A DNA stretch of 64,000 bases, taken from NCBI GenBank assembly GCA_014905635.1, contig JABVCE010000013.1, positions 992,001 through 1,056,000 on the forward strand, written 5' to 3'. This DNA comes from Scenedesmus sp. PABB004. Lineage: Eukaryota. Position 1 is the stretch's first letter. Each line of letters starts with the position of its first letter. The translations under genes were made by a program, and so were the position numbers. The notes beneath the pieces are model-generated. The model ran no database searches. It was not told the origin of the DNA and saw only the letters and a program-made list of their open reading frames with translations. This document shows, one piece after another, positions 23,128 through 34,263 of the stretch.

Positions 23128-25260
23128 ATGGAGCAGCAGCAGCCCGCCGCGCCGGGCTACTGGGCCTGCTCCTTTGCGGCGGCGGCGGCGGCGCCAGCGG
23201 AGCCCGTGTACTGCGCGTGGCGCGAGTTTGCGGGTGCGGGGCGCCGCAGCGTCGGCAAGGGTGCGCTGGCCGCCCGCCGCGACGCCCGGTCGGGCCGGCC
23301 GGTCCCTGCGCGCCGCAGACGGCGGCGGCGCAGCGGCGGCGCCGAACACCAACTTTCTCAAGGGCGTCCGCTGGTCCCCCGACGGCTGCTCCTGCCTCAC
23401 TGTCAGCGACGACAACTGGTGCGCCGGCGCGGCGGCTGCGCCGACCTGCGGCGGCAGCGGCCGCTCACCGCCGCGTCCGGACGCGCCGCCGCGCCAGGCT
23501 GCGCGTGTTTGACCTCCCCCAGGACGCCCTGCAGCACCAGCCGCAGCAGGAGGATCAGGAGCTGCTGGCAGGAGCAGGGGCGGTCGGCAGCGGCTGGTCG
23601 TCGGGCCTGCGCGTGCACGCCGGCGAGACCGTGTACGACTACGCCTGGTTCAGCTGCATGTCTGCGGCCGACCCCGCGTCCTGCTGCTTCGCCAGCACCG
23701 CGCGGGCGCGTCCGGCGCGCGCGCGCAGCCGCCCCGCCGCCGCCGCCGCCGGTGGTGTGGTGGCAGCGCCGCGACGGCCCCGCCCGCCGCCGCGCGCCGC
23801 GCCGCCGCGCCGCGCAGGGGCAGCCGATCAAGGTGTGGGACGCGTGCGGCGGGGGGCTGCGGGCGAGCTACCGCGCGTACGACGCGGCGGACGAGATCAC
23901 GGCCGCCACGTCACTCGCGTTCAGCCCCGACGGCGCCGCGCTCGTGGGCGGTTACCTGAAGGCGCTGCGCGTGTTTGACGTGGCCCGCCCGGGGCGCGAC
24001 TGCGCGACCATCCCGACGTACAGGAAGCGGCAGGAGGGCAGCATCTCGGGTGCGCAGCGGCGCGGCGCGCGCGCGGCGGCGGCGCGGGGGTCGGGCGCCG
24101 CTGGGCGGCGGGCGCGGCGGCGGGCCGGCGCCCGCCGCGCGGCGCGCCGGCGGCGGCCCCCGGCTCACCACCAGCCCGCGGCCGCGCCCGCGCAGGCCTG
24201 ATCAGCTGCCTCGCGTTCAGCCCCGTCATGCACGACCTGCTCGCGGCGGGGAGCTACTCGCGCCAGGTCGGGCTCTTTGACGCGCGCAGCCTCGAGCACC
24301 TCCTGCTGCTCGAGGGCCACAGGGGCGGCGTCACGCAGGTCGCGTTCTCCCCCGACGGCAACTTCCTGTACAGCGGGGCGCGGCAGGACAGCCAGATACA
24401 CTGCTGGGACGTGCGCGCGACGGGGCAGGTGCGCCTGGGCGGCGGGGGGGGGGGGGGGGGGCGCGGCGCGGAGGCGCGGCGCGGCCGCGCGGCGGTGCGC
24501 CCGCGCTCCCCGACCCGCGACCGCAGACCGCAGACCGCTGCCGGCCGCCGCCGCTGCCGGTGCCGCAGGTGCTGTACAGCCTGTCTCGCGCCACGGCGGC
24601 CACCAACCAGCGCATCGGGTTCAGCATAGAGCCATGCGGCCGCCACCTCGCCACGGGCGGCTGCGACGGCGCCGTGCGGGTGCGCGGCCGCGCCCGCCCG
24701 CCGCCCACGCTGCAGCCGCGCCGCGCCGCGCCGCGCCGCGCCGCGCCGCGCCGGCCGACCGCCCCGCTGCCGCGCTCGCCCGCCCGCTGCCACAGGTGTT
24801 TGACCTGCGCGACGGCCAGCAGGTGGCCAGCTTTGTGGCGGCCGCCGACACGGTGAACGGCTGCGACTTCAGCCCCTGCCTCAGCCTGCTCGCCACCGCG
24901 TCGGGGCACCGCCGCCTCGCGCTGCTGCCGGAGGACGGCTGGGAGGACGACGGGGCCACGTCGGAGGGGAACAACCGCGGCGCCAAGCGCGCGCGGCTGG
25001 CGGGCGGCGCGCAGCAGCGCGCCGCGAGCGCCGCCGGCCCCGGCGGCGGCGAGGCGAGCAGCAGCAGCAGCAGCGACGTCTCGGGCCTATGCATGTCCAG
25101 CTGGCGGCCGGGCGGCATGTGCAACAGCCTGAGGCTGTGGCGCGTGCAGCACGAGTGGGTGGAGCTGCCAGCCGACGCGGGCGACGCGGGCGACGTGGGC
25201 GACGCGGGCGACGCGGGCGACCAAGCAGGTGCAGAAGCAGCAGCAGGCGGAGGAGGATAG
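23128..25260 (+). CDS. WRAP53: WD40 telomerase Cajal body protein 1 homolog
   Basis: NFLKGVRWSPDGCSCLTVSDDN, GETVYDYAWF, LRASYRAYDAADEITAATSLAFSPDG, GHRGGVTQVAFSPDGNFLYSGARQD, TNQRIGF, DTVNGCDFSP..LLATASGHR. 6 introns; stop TAG at 25258-25260. Confidence 0.9.
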
Positions 25261-25802
25261 CGCTGGCGGCGCTGACGGTAACGCAGGCCCTGCATCCGGT
25301 CGCCGACGGCGTGGCCAGGCTGGCTGTCGCGCGCAGGCTCGCGCGCGCCCGGGCACGGCGAGCCGCGCCGCCGACAGCCGCCCGTTCCGTACAGCTGAGC
25401 CCCACCCGCGGCCGGGTCCCCGCCCCAGCAAAGCACCGCCGGCGCCCGGCCCATCAAAGCGGCGCCGCTGCCCGCGCCCGCCCGCCGGCGCGCGGCGCGG
25501 GCCTCCCCGCAGCCCCCGCGCGCCGCGACTGGTCGCGAGCTGTCAAGCTATCGCTCCCGAGCCTCACGCCGCGGGCGCTCGGGCGCCGGGCGCACTTCCA
25601 TCAAAGTCCAGCAGCGGGGAAGCTCGGGAGCTAGGACAGTGTGACGGCCGCGCCGCGCTCAAAAGGCCCCGCCGCGCTGCCCTGGAGCACACCAGCGATC
25701 CAGCCTCTCCAACCAACAGCCTACCAGCCCCCCAGCGAGCCGAACACGCACGCCTGCCGCTGCCGACCAGCGCCGCCGCCCTCGCCCGTCCAAGCCGCAA
25801 GC

Positions 25803-25952
25803 ATGGGCTGCATCACCGACGTGCTGTGCCTGCCCTTCAAGGTCGTGCGCGACGTGTGCGACTGCTTCACCGTCATCCTGTGCTGCCCCTGCCGCTGCTG
25901 CTGCGGCTGCCCCTCGACGTCGAACGAGTTCGGCCCCGTGCGCTACGGCTGA
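25803..25952 (+). CDS. 49-aa cysteine-rich micropeptide (MGC N-terminus, 11 Cys), copy 1
   Basis: MGCITDVLCLPFKVVRDVCDCFTVILCCPCRCCCGCPSTSNEFGPVRYG*. Every sense codon ends in G/C; TGTAA at ~26274. Protein identical to copy 2. Confidence 0.75.
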   Translation: MGCITDVLCLPFKVVRDVCDCFTVILCCPCRCCCGCPSTSNEFGPVRYG

Positions 25953-26273
25953 AGAGCGCCGCGCATGGCGGCGGCGCCTGCCAGCAGCCGGCCGGCAGCA
26001 GCATGAACTGAGCGGCGCGACATGGCCGCCGCACGGGCGCCCCCGGGCCCCGGTCCTGAACCCAACTCAGCGGTGAACTCAACTCGGCGGCGCGCCCTCG
26101 CGCGGGGGCTTGTTTTGTTGTTTCGTGTGCGGCGCGCGCCCGCGCCGGCCATCTCTGCTGGCGCGGCGCCGCCGCGGCACAGCGGGCACGGTCGTGCGTG
26201 CACCCCCTGGTCGGCCTCGCCGCGCGCCGCGCAGGCGCGCGCGCGTTCCCCTGTCGGAGCGAGCCTCGAGCTC

Positions 26274-26278
26274 TGTAA
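26274..26278 (+). promoter_or_regulatory. Chlorophyte-type poly(A) signal TGTAA for micropeptide copy 1
   Basis: ctcTGTAAcc, conserved in the second copy. The same signal follows DLAT (~2648), atpC (~38017) and ClpF (~40244). Confidence 0.6.
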
Positions 26279-26922
26279 CCTTCGGCCCTCATCAAAGCTG
26301 TTCGCGCCGGCTGCGTCGCAGGCGCGGCGCCGCGCGTCGCGACAGTCGCCACACAACACGGCCGCGCCGCCAATCCGGCCGCCCCGCGCCCGCGCCGCGA
26401 AGCACTCTCCCTCCGTGTCCCAGCTCCCACGTCGCCCCACACGCTCGCCACCTCGCCCCCGCGCATCAGCGCTCGCGCTGCGGCACCTCGAGGGCCGGCC
26501 CGCGCGTGGACAGCCGGCGCGAGTCCCACGCCACTCTCCCGGTGAGTCTCCGGCGAGCAGCGCGGCGGCCCGCGTGACATGCCTCGCGCGAGCGCCGGGC
26601 CGCCAATCGCGTGCAGCCGCGCCGCGGAATGTGCGGCGCGGGGCGCGGCTCGAGGCCCGCACACGCTGCCATTGGCGCCGCCCGCGCCGGCCGGCGTGCC
26701 GCCTGGCGCAGCGCGCCAGCCTGTGGCCGCCAGCCGCCACGCGTGCCTGGCCGCGACCGCCGCCCGCCGCCGCCGCAGCCCCGCACGTCGTGAGCGCCTC
26801 GCGCGATGTCCTGGCTCACCCTGTGGGCGAGCAGCAAGCACTATCAGTGATTGCCCTCTGAGCGCGACCGGAGGCCGGGGCGCGAGCAGCAGCCGCAGCG
26901 CGGCCGGCTCGCACCGTGCACC

Positions 26923-28804
26923 ATGCACCCGTTTGGCGGCCTCGGCGGCGGCGGCGGCGGCTTTGGCGGCTTCGGGTTTGGCGGCGGCGCACACGCGCTG
27001 CGCGGCGGCGGCCCGCTGCCGCCCGGCGCCGCCGGCAGCGGCGCCGCGGCGCGGCAGAGCACCTCGCACGCGGCGGCGCGCAGCGGCGCGCGGCTGCGCG
27101 TCGCGGCCGCCGGCGCCGCCGCGGCGGGCGCGGCGGGCCTCGCGCTGCACCGGGCGGGCCGGCTGCGGCCGCAGCCGGCGGCGCCGGGCGCGCAGCAGCC
27201 GCCGGCGCTGCGCATCCCAAAGGAGCTCGCCGAGGTCATCTGCGGCGCGTTTGGTGAGATTGTGCAGATCGCCACGCTGTACCCGCTGGACACCATCAAG
27301 GTGCGCGGGAGCGCGCGCGCGCTGCTGCCGCAGACCGCCGTGGCGCTGAGACGCGGCTGGGGGCCGCCGCCGGGACGCCCCCCGCGCTGCCGGGCGCGGC
27401 TCGCCCACGCCGCCGCCGCCCCTGCGCCGCGCAGGTGCGCTGCCAGGCGGGCGGGCTGTCGGCCGGCGCGGTCGTGCGCCAGCTCGCGGCGTCGGGCAGC
27501 GCGGGCGCTGCGGTGCGGCAGCTCTACGCCGGCGTCGTGAGCGCGTCGCTCGCGTCGGTGGTCGTCGGTGAGCGCCGCGCCGCGCCGCGCGCCGCGGCCC
27601 GCCCCGCCCCCGCCTGCGCTGCGCGCCCCCTGCTCTCTGCGGCCCGCCCATCCCTCTTTGACCAAGCTGGTGACCGCCGCGCCTGCCGCGCCCGACAGGG
27701 AGCCTCTACTATTTTTCGTTCTGCGCCGCCAAGCGCGCCGCGACCAAGATGGTGGCAGAGTCAGAGGCGCGCGCGCGGGCGCGCGCCGGCGGCGCGCCGG
27801 CGGGCGCGGCCGGCGCCGGCGCGGCCGCGGCGCACCAGCAGCAGTCGCACCAGCACCAGCAGCAGCACCAGCACCACTACCCTCACAATGGCGCGGGCGT
27901 GGACTGCGTGCACGACCCGATGCTGGCCATCATCTGCAGCGACGAGGCCGCGACGCGCCGCGCCGGCAGTGGGGCCGCTGGCGCGGGCGGCGCCGGCGGC
28001 GCGCCGCCCGCCGAGCCGAGCCCCGACGGCAAGCTGCGCGCCAACCTGATGGCCGCGTGCGGCGCGGCGCTCGTCGGCGCGCTCGTGGAGGCGCCGCTGG
28101 AGCTGTTCAAGCACCGCGCGCAGGCGGGCCAGATCAGCGGCAGCATGCTGGGCCACGTCGCCGCGGAGCTCGCGGCGCACGGCCCGCGGGGCCTGTACGG
28201 CGCGTTCTTTGTGCCCTTCCTGTTCAAGTCGCTGCCGTTTGACGTCGCCGAGCTGCTGACATACTCGCAGCTGCAGGACGCTAAGGCGCGCGCGCTCGCG
28301 CCGGCCCCGCCCGCGGCGGCGGGCGCGGCCGCAGCGCCGCCGCCGCCGCCCGAGCAGCCGCCGCGCGGCGCGGCGCTCGCGCTCGGCAGCATCACCGCGG
28401 CCTCGGCGGCGGCGGCGGCGGCGCAGCAGCAGAGTCAGCAGCAGGCCGCGGCGGCGGCGGCGGCGCGGCGCGACTGGCTCGCGGGCGTGCCAGAGCACGC
28501 GTGGGACATGGCGATCGGCGGCGCCGCGGGCGCGGTCGCCGTGCTGGTGTCGATGCCGCCCGACTGCATAAAGACGGTCATGGAGACGGGGTCTGGCGCG
28601 CCGGTGCGGCCGGGCAGCGGCCCGCTCGGCTCGGCCGCCGCGTTTGCGGCGACGGGGCGGCAGCTCGTCGCGTCGCGCGGCGTCGGCGGCGGTCTGTTCA
28701 TGGGCCTCGCGCCGCGCCTCGTGGAGAGCGTGCCGAGCACGATGCTCTACTGGCTCGCGGTGGAGGGCTGCCGGCGCGTGCTCGAGCCCTACGTCGCCGC
28801 GTGA
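26923..28804 (+). CDS. Mitochondrial carrier family (SLC25) protein, SAM-carrier-like
   Basis: Three PxD/ExxK signatures (YPLDTIKV, APLELFKHRAQ, MPPDCIKTVME), GLYG and GLFMGLAPR motifs. Introns 27301-27434 and ~27569-27698. Confidence 0.9.
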
Positions 28805-29230
28805 GACGGTCGGCCGCGGCCCGCCGCGGCCGCGCTGGGCGCGGCGCGCGCACGCGTGGAGCGGCAGCAGCAAGGCAGGCAGCGGACAACGGGATGCGAG
28901 GAAGAGAGAGACAGAGAGACAGAACGGGGCAGCGACCGAGAGATAGGCAGGCAGGAGGGCGCGCGGACTGCGTGCGGCCGAGCGCAGGCGTGCGCGGAGT
29001 TGAACGCGCCGGAGTTGACCCGCTTTTCCCATCGTGCTTTCGTTCTGTCGCGTTTTCATGTGTGTGTGTGTGTGTGCGGCGGGCACGCGCCCGGCTGCTG
29101 GCTGTCGGCCGCGCTGGCCGCGGGCCCGCGCCGCCGCGCCTGACTCGGGCGCGCGCCTGGCGCGCCCGTCCCCCTGACCCCGCACTTGAGCAGCGCACGC
29201 CCGCATGATCCCGCGGGCGGACGCAAGCAT

Positions 29231-29271
<41 letters not shown>

Positions 29272-30262
29272 CTGCCTCTGTCCCTGAGCGAGCCACCCAC
29301 CATGTGAGAGCGTCGCGCGTCGGCAACTCTCGCCACCGCCGACCCCGCCGACCCCGCCGCCGATGCCGCGTCGTCCCGCTCGTTCTGCGCTCCAGCAGCT
29401 CGACGGAGCTGCTGCTGGCAGAGCGGCAAGCTGGGCCTTGCAGCCGTGCGCCAGGCCAGCGCCGTCGGCGACGACGCCGCTGGCGCCGAGCGCGCCGGCC
29501 ACGTCGCAGCTGGCCGCCGTGGCGAGAGCTTTGAGAACCTCCTCAGAAACTCAACCGCGCAGCGTCGGGAACCGACGCGTCGGGCCTGGTGGTTGGCCCC
29601 GGAGCCCGCGTCTGTGACAGAGCCGCCGGAATCGCGCCCCCACGGTCCCTCGCAGGCCACCGATCGCATCCCAGAGCTCGTTCAGCTCGTACCCAGCCGG
29701 CACAGCGCCTGCAGACGCCGCACGCCGGCGCGCGAGGTCAGTTGGGCGCGAGCCGCGCCAGTGCGCGGCGCCAAGGTGCGGCCAACGCCGGCGCGCGGCC
29801 CCGCGATCGCGCTGCGCAGCTGGATCAAGCCGGCGTGGGCGGCCAGCGGCGCCGGGCGCGCGCGACCGGCTCAGCAGCCGGGCCAGCGGACGGCGCCCGC
29901 TGCGCCGCGCGCCCAGGAGGGCCGCCAGGTGGGCCGGAGTCCCACAACAGCCTCACGACACGCCTGCGCCGCCGCGCGCTGCCGTCCGCGCCCCGCAGGC
30001 GCCCCGCCGGCCCGCCGCGCCATCGCTCGGTCACCAGCGCGCCGGCCCTTCCCCGGCGCCTCCCGCACGCCGCTCGAGGCCGCACAGTGCACGCAGAGAC
30101 CAGGCCGGCCCACGCCGCAGCCTCAGTGAGCTCCCGGGGGGCGAGGCGGGCACCGCCAGGCTGGCCAGCGCGCCCGCGCCCGAGCGCAGCTGCAGCCGCC
30201 CGCCGCCGCCGGGGCGCGGCCGCCCGGCCGCTCACCCCCGCTCCACTCCGGCCGCGCCGCAG

Positions 30263-33200
30263 ATGGAGGGGCTCGGCGGCGCCGCGCCCGGCCACGCCGC
30301 CGGCTTCGGCCTGGCCGCGGCCGGCGCGCCGCTGGGCGGCGCGCACTGCCTGGCGCCGCTCGCCAAGGCCGGCCACGCCGGCCCCGCCACCAGCAACGAG
30401 AGCAGCAGGGAGCAGGGCCTCCCCCACGGGCGCGACGGGGAGGACGCGCTGATGGCCGACGTGGCAGCCGACGGCCTCGGCGGCGGCGCGCCCCAGGGCG
30501 GCGCGGCCGGCGGCGGCGCGGCCGCGGGGCCGGTGCAGAAGGGCAGCACCGGCAGCAGCGGCGGCAGCCACAACCCCTCGCCGCGCCAGGGCAGCGGCAC
30601 GCCGTTTGCCACCGCCTCGCCGCCGAGCGCGGGCCTGCCCGGGCCCGCCGGCGGCGTGGGCGGCCTCGCGCTGCGCCTGGAGCAGGCGACGGAGCGGCAG
30701 CGCCGCTTCACCGGCGACGCCGCGCAGTCGCAGCTGGCGCCGGGCGGCGGCGCGCACGCGCGCCTCGCCGTGCTCGCGCCCTCGCCGCTCTCGTCTTGCG
30801 CGACCGGCGCGGGCTCGTCCGGGCACTACGTGCCGCCGGGCGGCTTCGCGCCGGGGCACGCGCACGGCGGCGCGGGCGCCGGCGGCGGCGGCGCCGCCGC
30901 CGGCGCCGGCGGCAGCGCGGGCAGCGCGGGCGGCTACGCGCCGCCCGCGCCCAGCCCAGACCCGCTGGGCATGGGCGACATATCGGAGCAGTACTACTCG
31001 CTCGCGCAGCAGCAGCAGCTCCTGCGCGAGCAGCTGAGCAACCTGCAGCAGCAGGAGGCGGCGCTCCTGCAGCGCCGCGCGTCCGCGTCGGCGCCGGGCA
31101 GCGCGTTCGACCCCCAGATGCTCGCGGCGTGGCAGAGCTTCACCGCCGACTGCGACGAGGCCGGCGCCGCGCCCGCGCTGCACCTCGTGGAGCTGCGCAC
31201 GCCCTCGCAGCTCGGCGGCGCGCTCGCGCCGGGCGCGCCGGCGGGCGGCGGCGCGGCGCCGCCGCCCGCCTGCGCGCGCGGCGCCGACCAGGCCGGCAGC
31301 AGCGACAGCAGCGGCAGCCACAAGGCGCAGGTGGCCGAGGTCGTGGCCGACATGCTGGACGTGGTCGTCGCGGCGATGGGTAAGCGCGGCAGCAGCTGCT
31401 CCGCGGCCGCGCTCGACGCGGCGCCGGCGCGGCGCGGCTGCGCCGCCGGCGGCGCTGGCGCGCCCGGGTCGCCCATGGACGACGAGCTCACCTCGTCGGG
31501 CGACAACGAGCCGCCCGCGGGGCTGGGCTGCTGGACGCCCTTTGCCGCGCCGGGGCGCGGCCTGGCGGCGATGGACAGCTGCAGCCCCATGATCCCCCCG
31601 CGCCGGCAGCCCGGCGCCGTCGCCGGCAGCAGCGAGTCGCTCGCCGCCGCCGGGTGCGGCGGCCCCGGCGGCTGCGGCGGCCCCGGCGGCTGCGGCAGCG
31701 ACGGCTGCTGCGCGCCCGGCGGCGCGGGCGCGCCCGGCGGCGCGCCCGGCGCGGGCGGCGCCGCCGCCGCGGGTGCCGAGGCCGGCGCGCCCGGGCTGCA
31801 CATGCTGGATGTCTTTGACTTTGGCGAGCCCCTCTCGCCCGGCATGATGCTGGAGGACCTCCTGGACTTTGCCTCGCCCCCGCGCGCCGCGCCGGCGAGC
31901 CCGCGCGGCGGCGGCGCGCACCTCGCGGCGCTGCAGCGCGCGCACGCCGGCGGCGCCGGCGCCGGCGGCGGCGACGCGCCGCCGGGCGGCTGGGCGCCGC
32001 CGCAGCTGCAGAGCCCCGGCGGCGGCCGCCACACGAGCGCCGGCGCCGGCGCGGGCCAGCAGGGCGGCCTCGTGCAGCACCGCTCGCTGCCGGTGGCGGG
32101 CCACGGCGCCGCCGCCTGGCACCCCGCCGGACGGCCGACCGTGACCACGGGCACGGCCCAGGCCTTCCACGCCAGCTCCCCGCACGTCGTCAGCACCTGC
32201 CAGGCGCACGGCGCGCACCACCATGACGGCGGCGCCTTTGCGGGCGGCGCGGGGCACGGCGCGCCGCTGCTGGGGGCGGCTACCACGGCGAGCTGGAGGC
32301 GCACCACCACGCGCACGGCCCCGCGCTGCACGGGGGCCATCACCACCCGGCCAGCCCCTACGCGCCCTACCCCGCCCCGGGCGGCCGCGTGCTGCCGGGC
32401 GCGGGGTCGTGCCCGCCCGGCATGCCCGGCGCGGCGTTCGGCCGCGCCGGCAGCGCCGGCGGCGGCAGCGGCGGCGGCTACGCCGCGCCGGCGCACGCGC
32501 CGCTCGCGCCGTGCTACAGCCTGCAGCCGCAGTGCCACGGCGGCGCCGGCTTTGGGCAGGCGCGGCACGAGGACGGCATCGACGCGGCGCTGCAGTCGAT
32601 CATGCACGACCTGCACGGCGCGCCCGGCGGCGGCCCGCCGCCGCTGCGCCACGGCGGCCGCAGCGTCGTCACGGGCGGCGTGCTCAGCCCGGGCCTGCAC
32701 CACGCCGGCGCGCCCGGCCTGCCGCGCGTCGAGTCGCCGTTTGGGCGCGCGGCGGCACAGGACCCCTACGCTGAGCTCGCCGAGCACGGCGGCGCGCACC
32801 ACCACCACGGCTTCGCGCTGCCGCCCGCCTACCCCGGCGCCGGCGGCGGCTGCGGCGGGCCGCTGGCGCCGCCGCACCACGGCGGCATGGGCGGCGCGGG
32901 CCTGGGCCGCGTCGGCTCGGCGCCGCTGATGATGCACGGCGACCTCGCGCTGGGCGGCGCCGAGCTCGCCGGCCACCACGGCGCGCCGCCGCTGGGCTAC
33001 TGCCCCTCGCAGCCGGCGCCGCACGGCGCCGGCCTGCTCAGCCCCGCGGGCAGCGTGCCGGGCCTGGTGCCGCAGCGCGAGCTCGGCAGCGCCGGCGGCG
33101 GCCGCCCCGGCGGCGGCGCGCGCAGCCTCGCCGAGCTGCTGCACCCGGCGACGGGGCTGGGCCCGTTCCCGGGGCCGGGCACGTACGCCGTGCCGGGCGA

Positions 33201-34263
33201 GCCGGGCGTGCTGCTGCGCGTGCGGGTCAAGATGGAGCCGCAGAAGATGCCGCGCGGCCGCGGGCGCCCGCCGTCGCGCGCACGCGAGGCGGCGCGGGAG
33301 GTCGTGCTCGTGCCCGTCCCGCTCGCGGTGCGCATCGTGCTGCAGCCCGACGGCACCGAGCTGGAGGAGGAGAGCATGCCCCTGCCCGAGTGGGCGGCGG
33401 CGGGCATGTCGCTCACGCGCCTCGGCACGCCCGGCGGCGCGGGCGCGGCCGGCGGCGGCGGCGGCTCGGGCGGCTCCGGCGGCTCCGGCGGCTCCGCGCT
33501 AGGCGCGCAGCAGCGCAAGCGCAGCAGCAGCAACCTGGAGGCCGGTGGGCTGCGCACGAGCAAGTCGCTCAAGGTGCGTGTCTGGCGCGCCGCGGCCGGG
33601 GCGCCGAAGCCCGCGCGCCGCGCCCCGCGCGCTGCCTCGGACGGTCCAGGCGTGCGCTCGCCGCGAGCCCGCCGCCCCGGCTCACCCCGCCCCTCGCCCC
33701 CACCCCCGCGCCGCGCGCAGCTGGAGCGCTCGGGCTCGTTCGGCAGCGGCTCCCTCTGCGCGGGCAGCGACCGCAGCGTCGGCGGCGCGCCGCAGCTCTC
33801 AGGCAGCACCAGCAGCGGCGGCAGCCCCAGCAGCGGCGGCGGCGCGCTGGCGCGCAAGAAGGCCGGCGGCGGTGCCGGCGCCGGCGCCGGCGCCGCGCCC
33901 GCCGCGCCGCGCGCGCCGCCGCCGTCGGGCGCGGGCGACGCGTCGGCGCGCGGCAAGCCGACGTTTGCGGACCTCGTCCTCGCGGGCGCGTTCCCGCCGG
34001 GGACGTACGAGTTCAGCGTCGGCACGGTGCAGGCCGTCACGGCGAGCGTGAACGCGTCGGGCGTCATCAGCTACGCGGAGGAGGCGTTCCAGAGCATCAG
34101 CAGCTTTGCGCTCGCCGCCGCGCGCAGCCGCAACCCCGCGCGCCAGGCGTGCGACGGCTGGAAGGAGGTGCGCCTGCAGGGCCGCAAGCTCGAGCTCTGG
34201 CGCCAGGCCTTCCTCTGCAAGCAGCCGCCGCCGGCCATCCCGCCGGCCTGCATCAGGGACTGA
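30263..34263 (+). CDS. Large low-complexity nuclear protein with AT-hook and C-terminal RAMA-like domain
   Basis: Long Gly/Ala/Pro/His-rich frame with a probable 1-nt deletion in a G-run at ~32272-32276. PRGRGRPP at ~33250; intron 33574-33720. C-terminal PTFADLVLAGAFPPG...GVISYAEEAFQSISSFALAAARSRNPARQACDGWKEVRLQGRKLELWRQ. Probable 5'-UTR intron 30126-30262. Confidence 0.75.

Larger units (their letters stand above)
25229..26291 (+). repeat. Arm 1 of a ~1.06-kb inverted segmental duplication (partner 53369-54440)
   Basis: Reverse complement of 53369-54440 aligns along its whole length with scattered substitutions and small indels. Runs from the WRAP53 last codons to just after ctctgtaacc. Confidence 0.95.

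Noticed and set aside
25260..25803. Micropeptide as the downstream cistron of a WRAP53 polycistronic mRNA (no TGTAA between them)
   Set aside because: Not supportable from sequence alone. Several genes here lack a perfect TGTAA, and copy 2 keeps an intact ORF without WRAP53, which suggests its own promoter. Iso-seq would decide.
29231..29264. (CAG)n tract as part of a polyQ/polyS coding exon
   Set aside because: It lies in intergenic/UTR sequence with no supported reading frame; a simple microsatellite.
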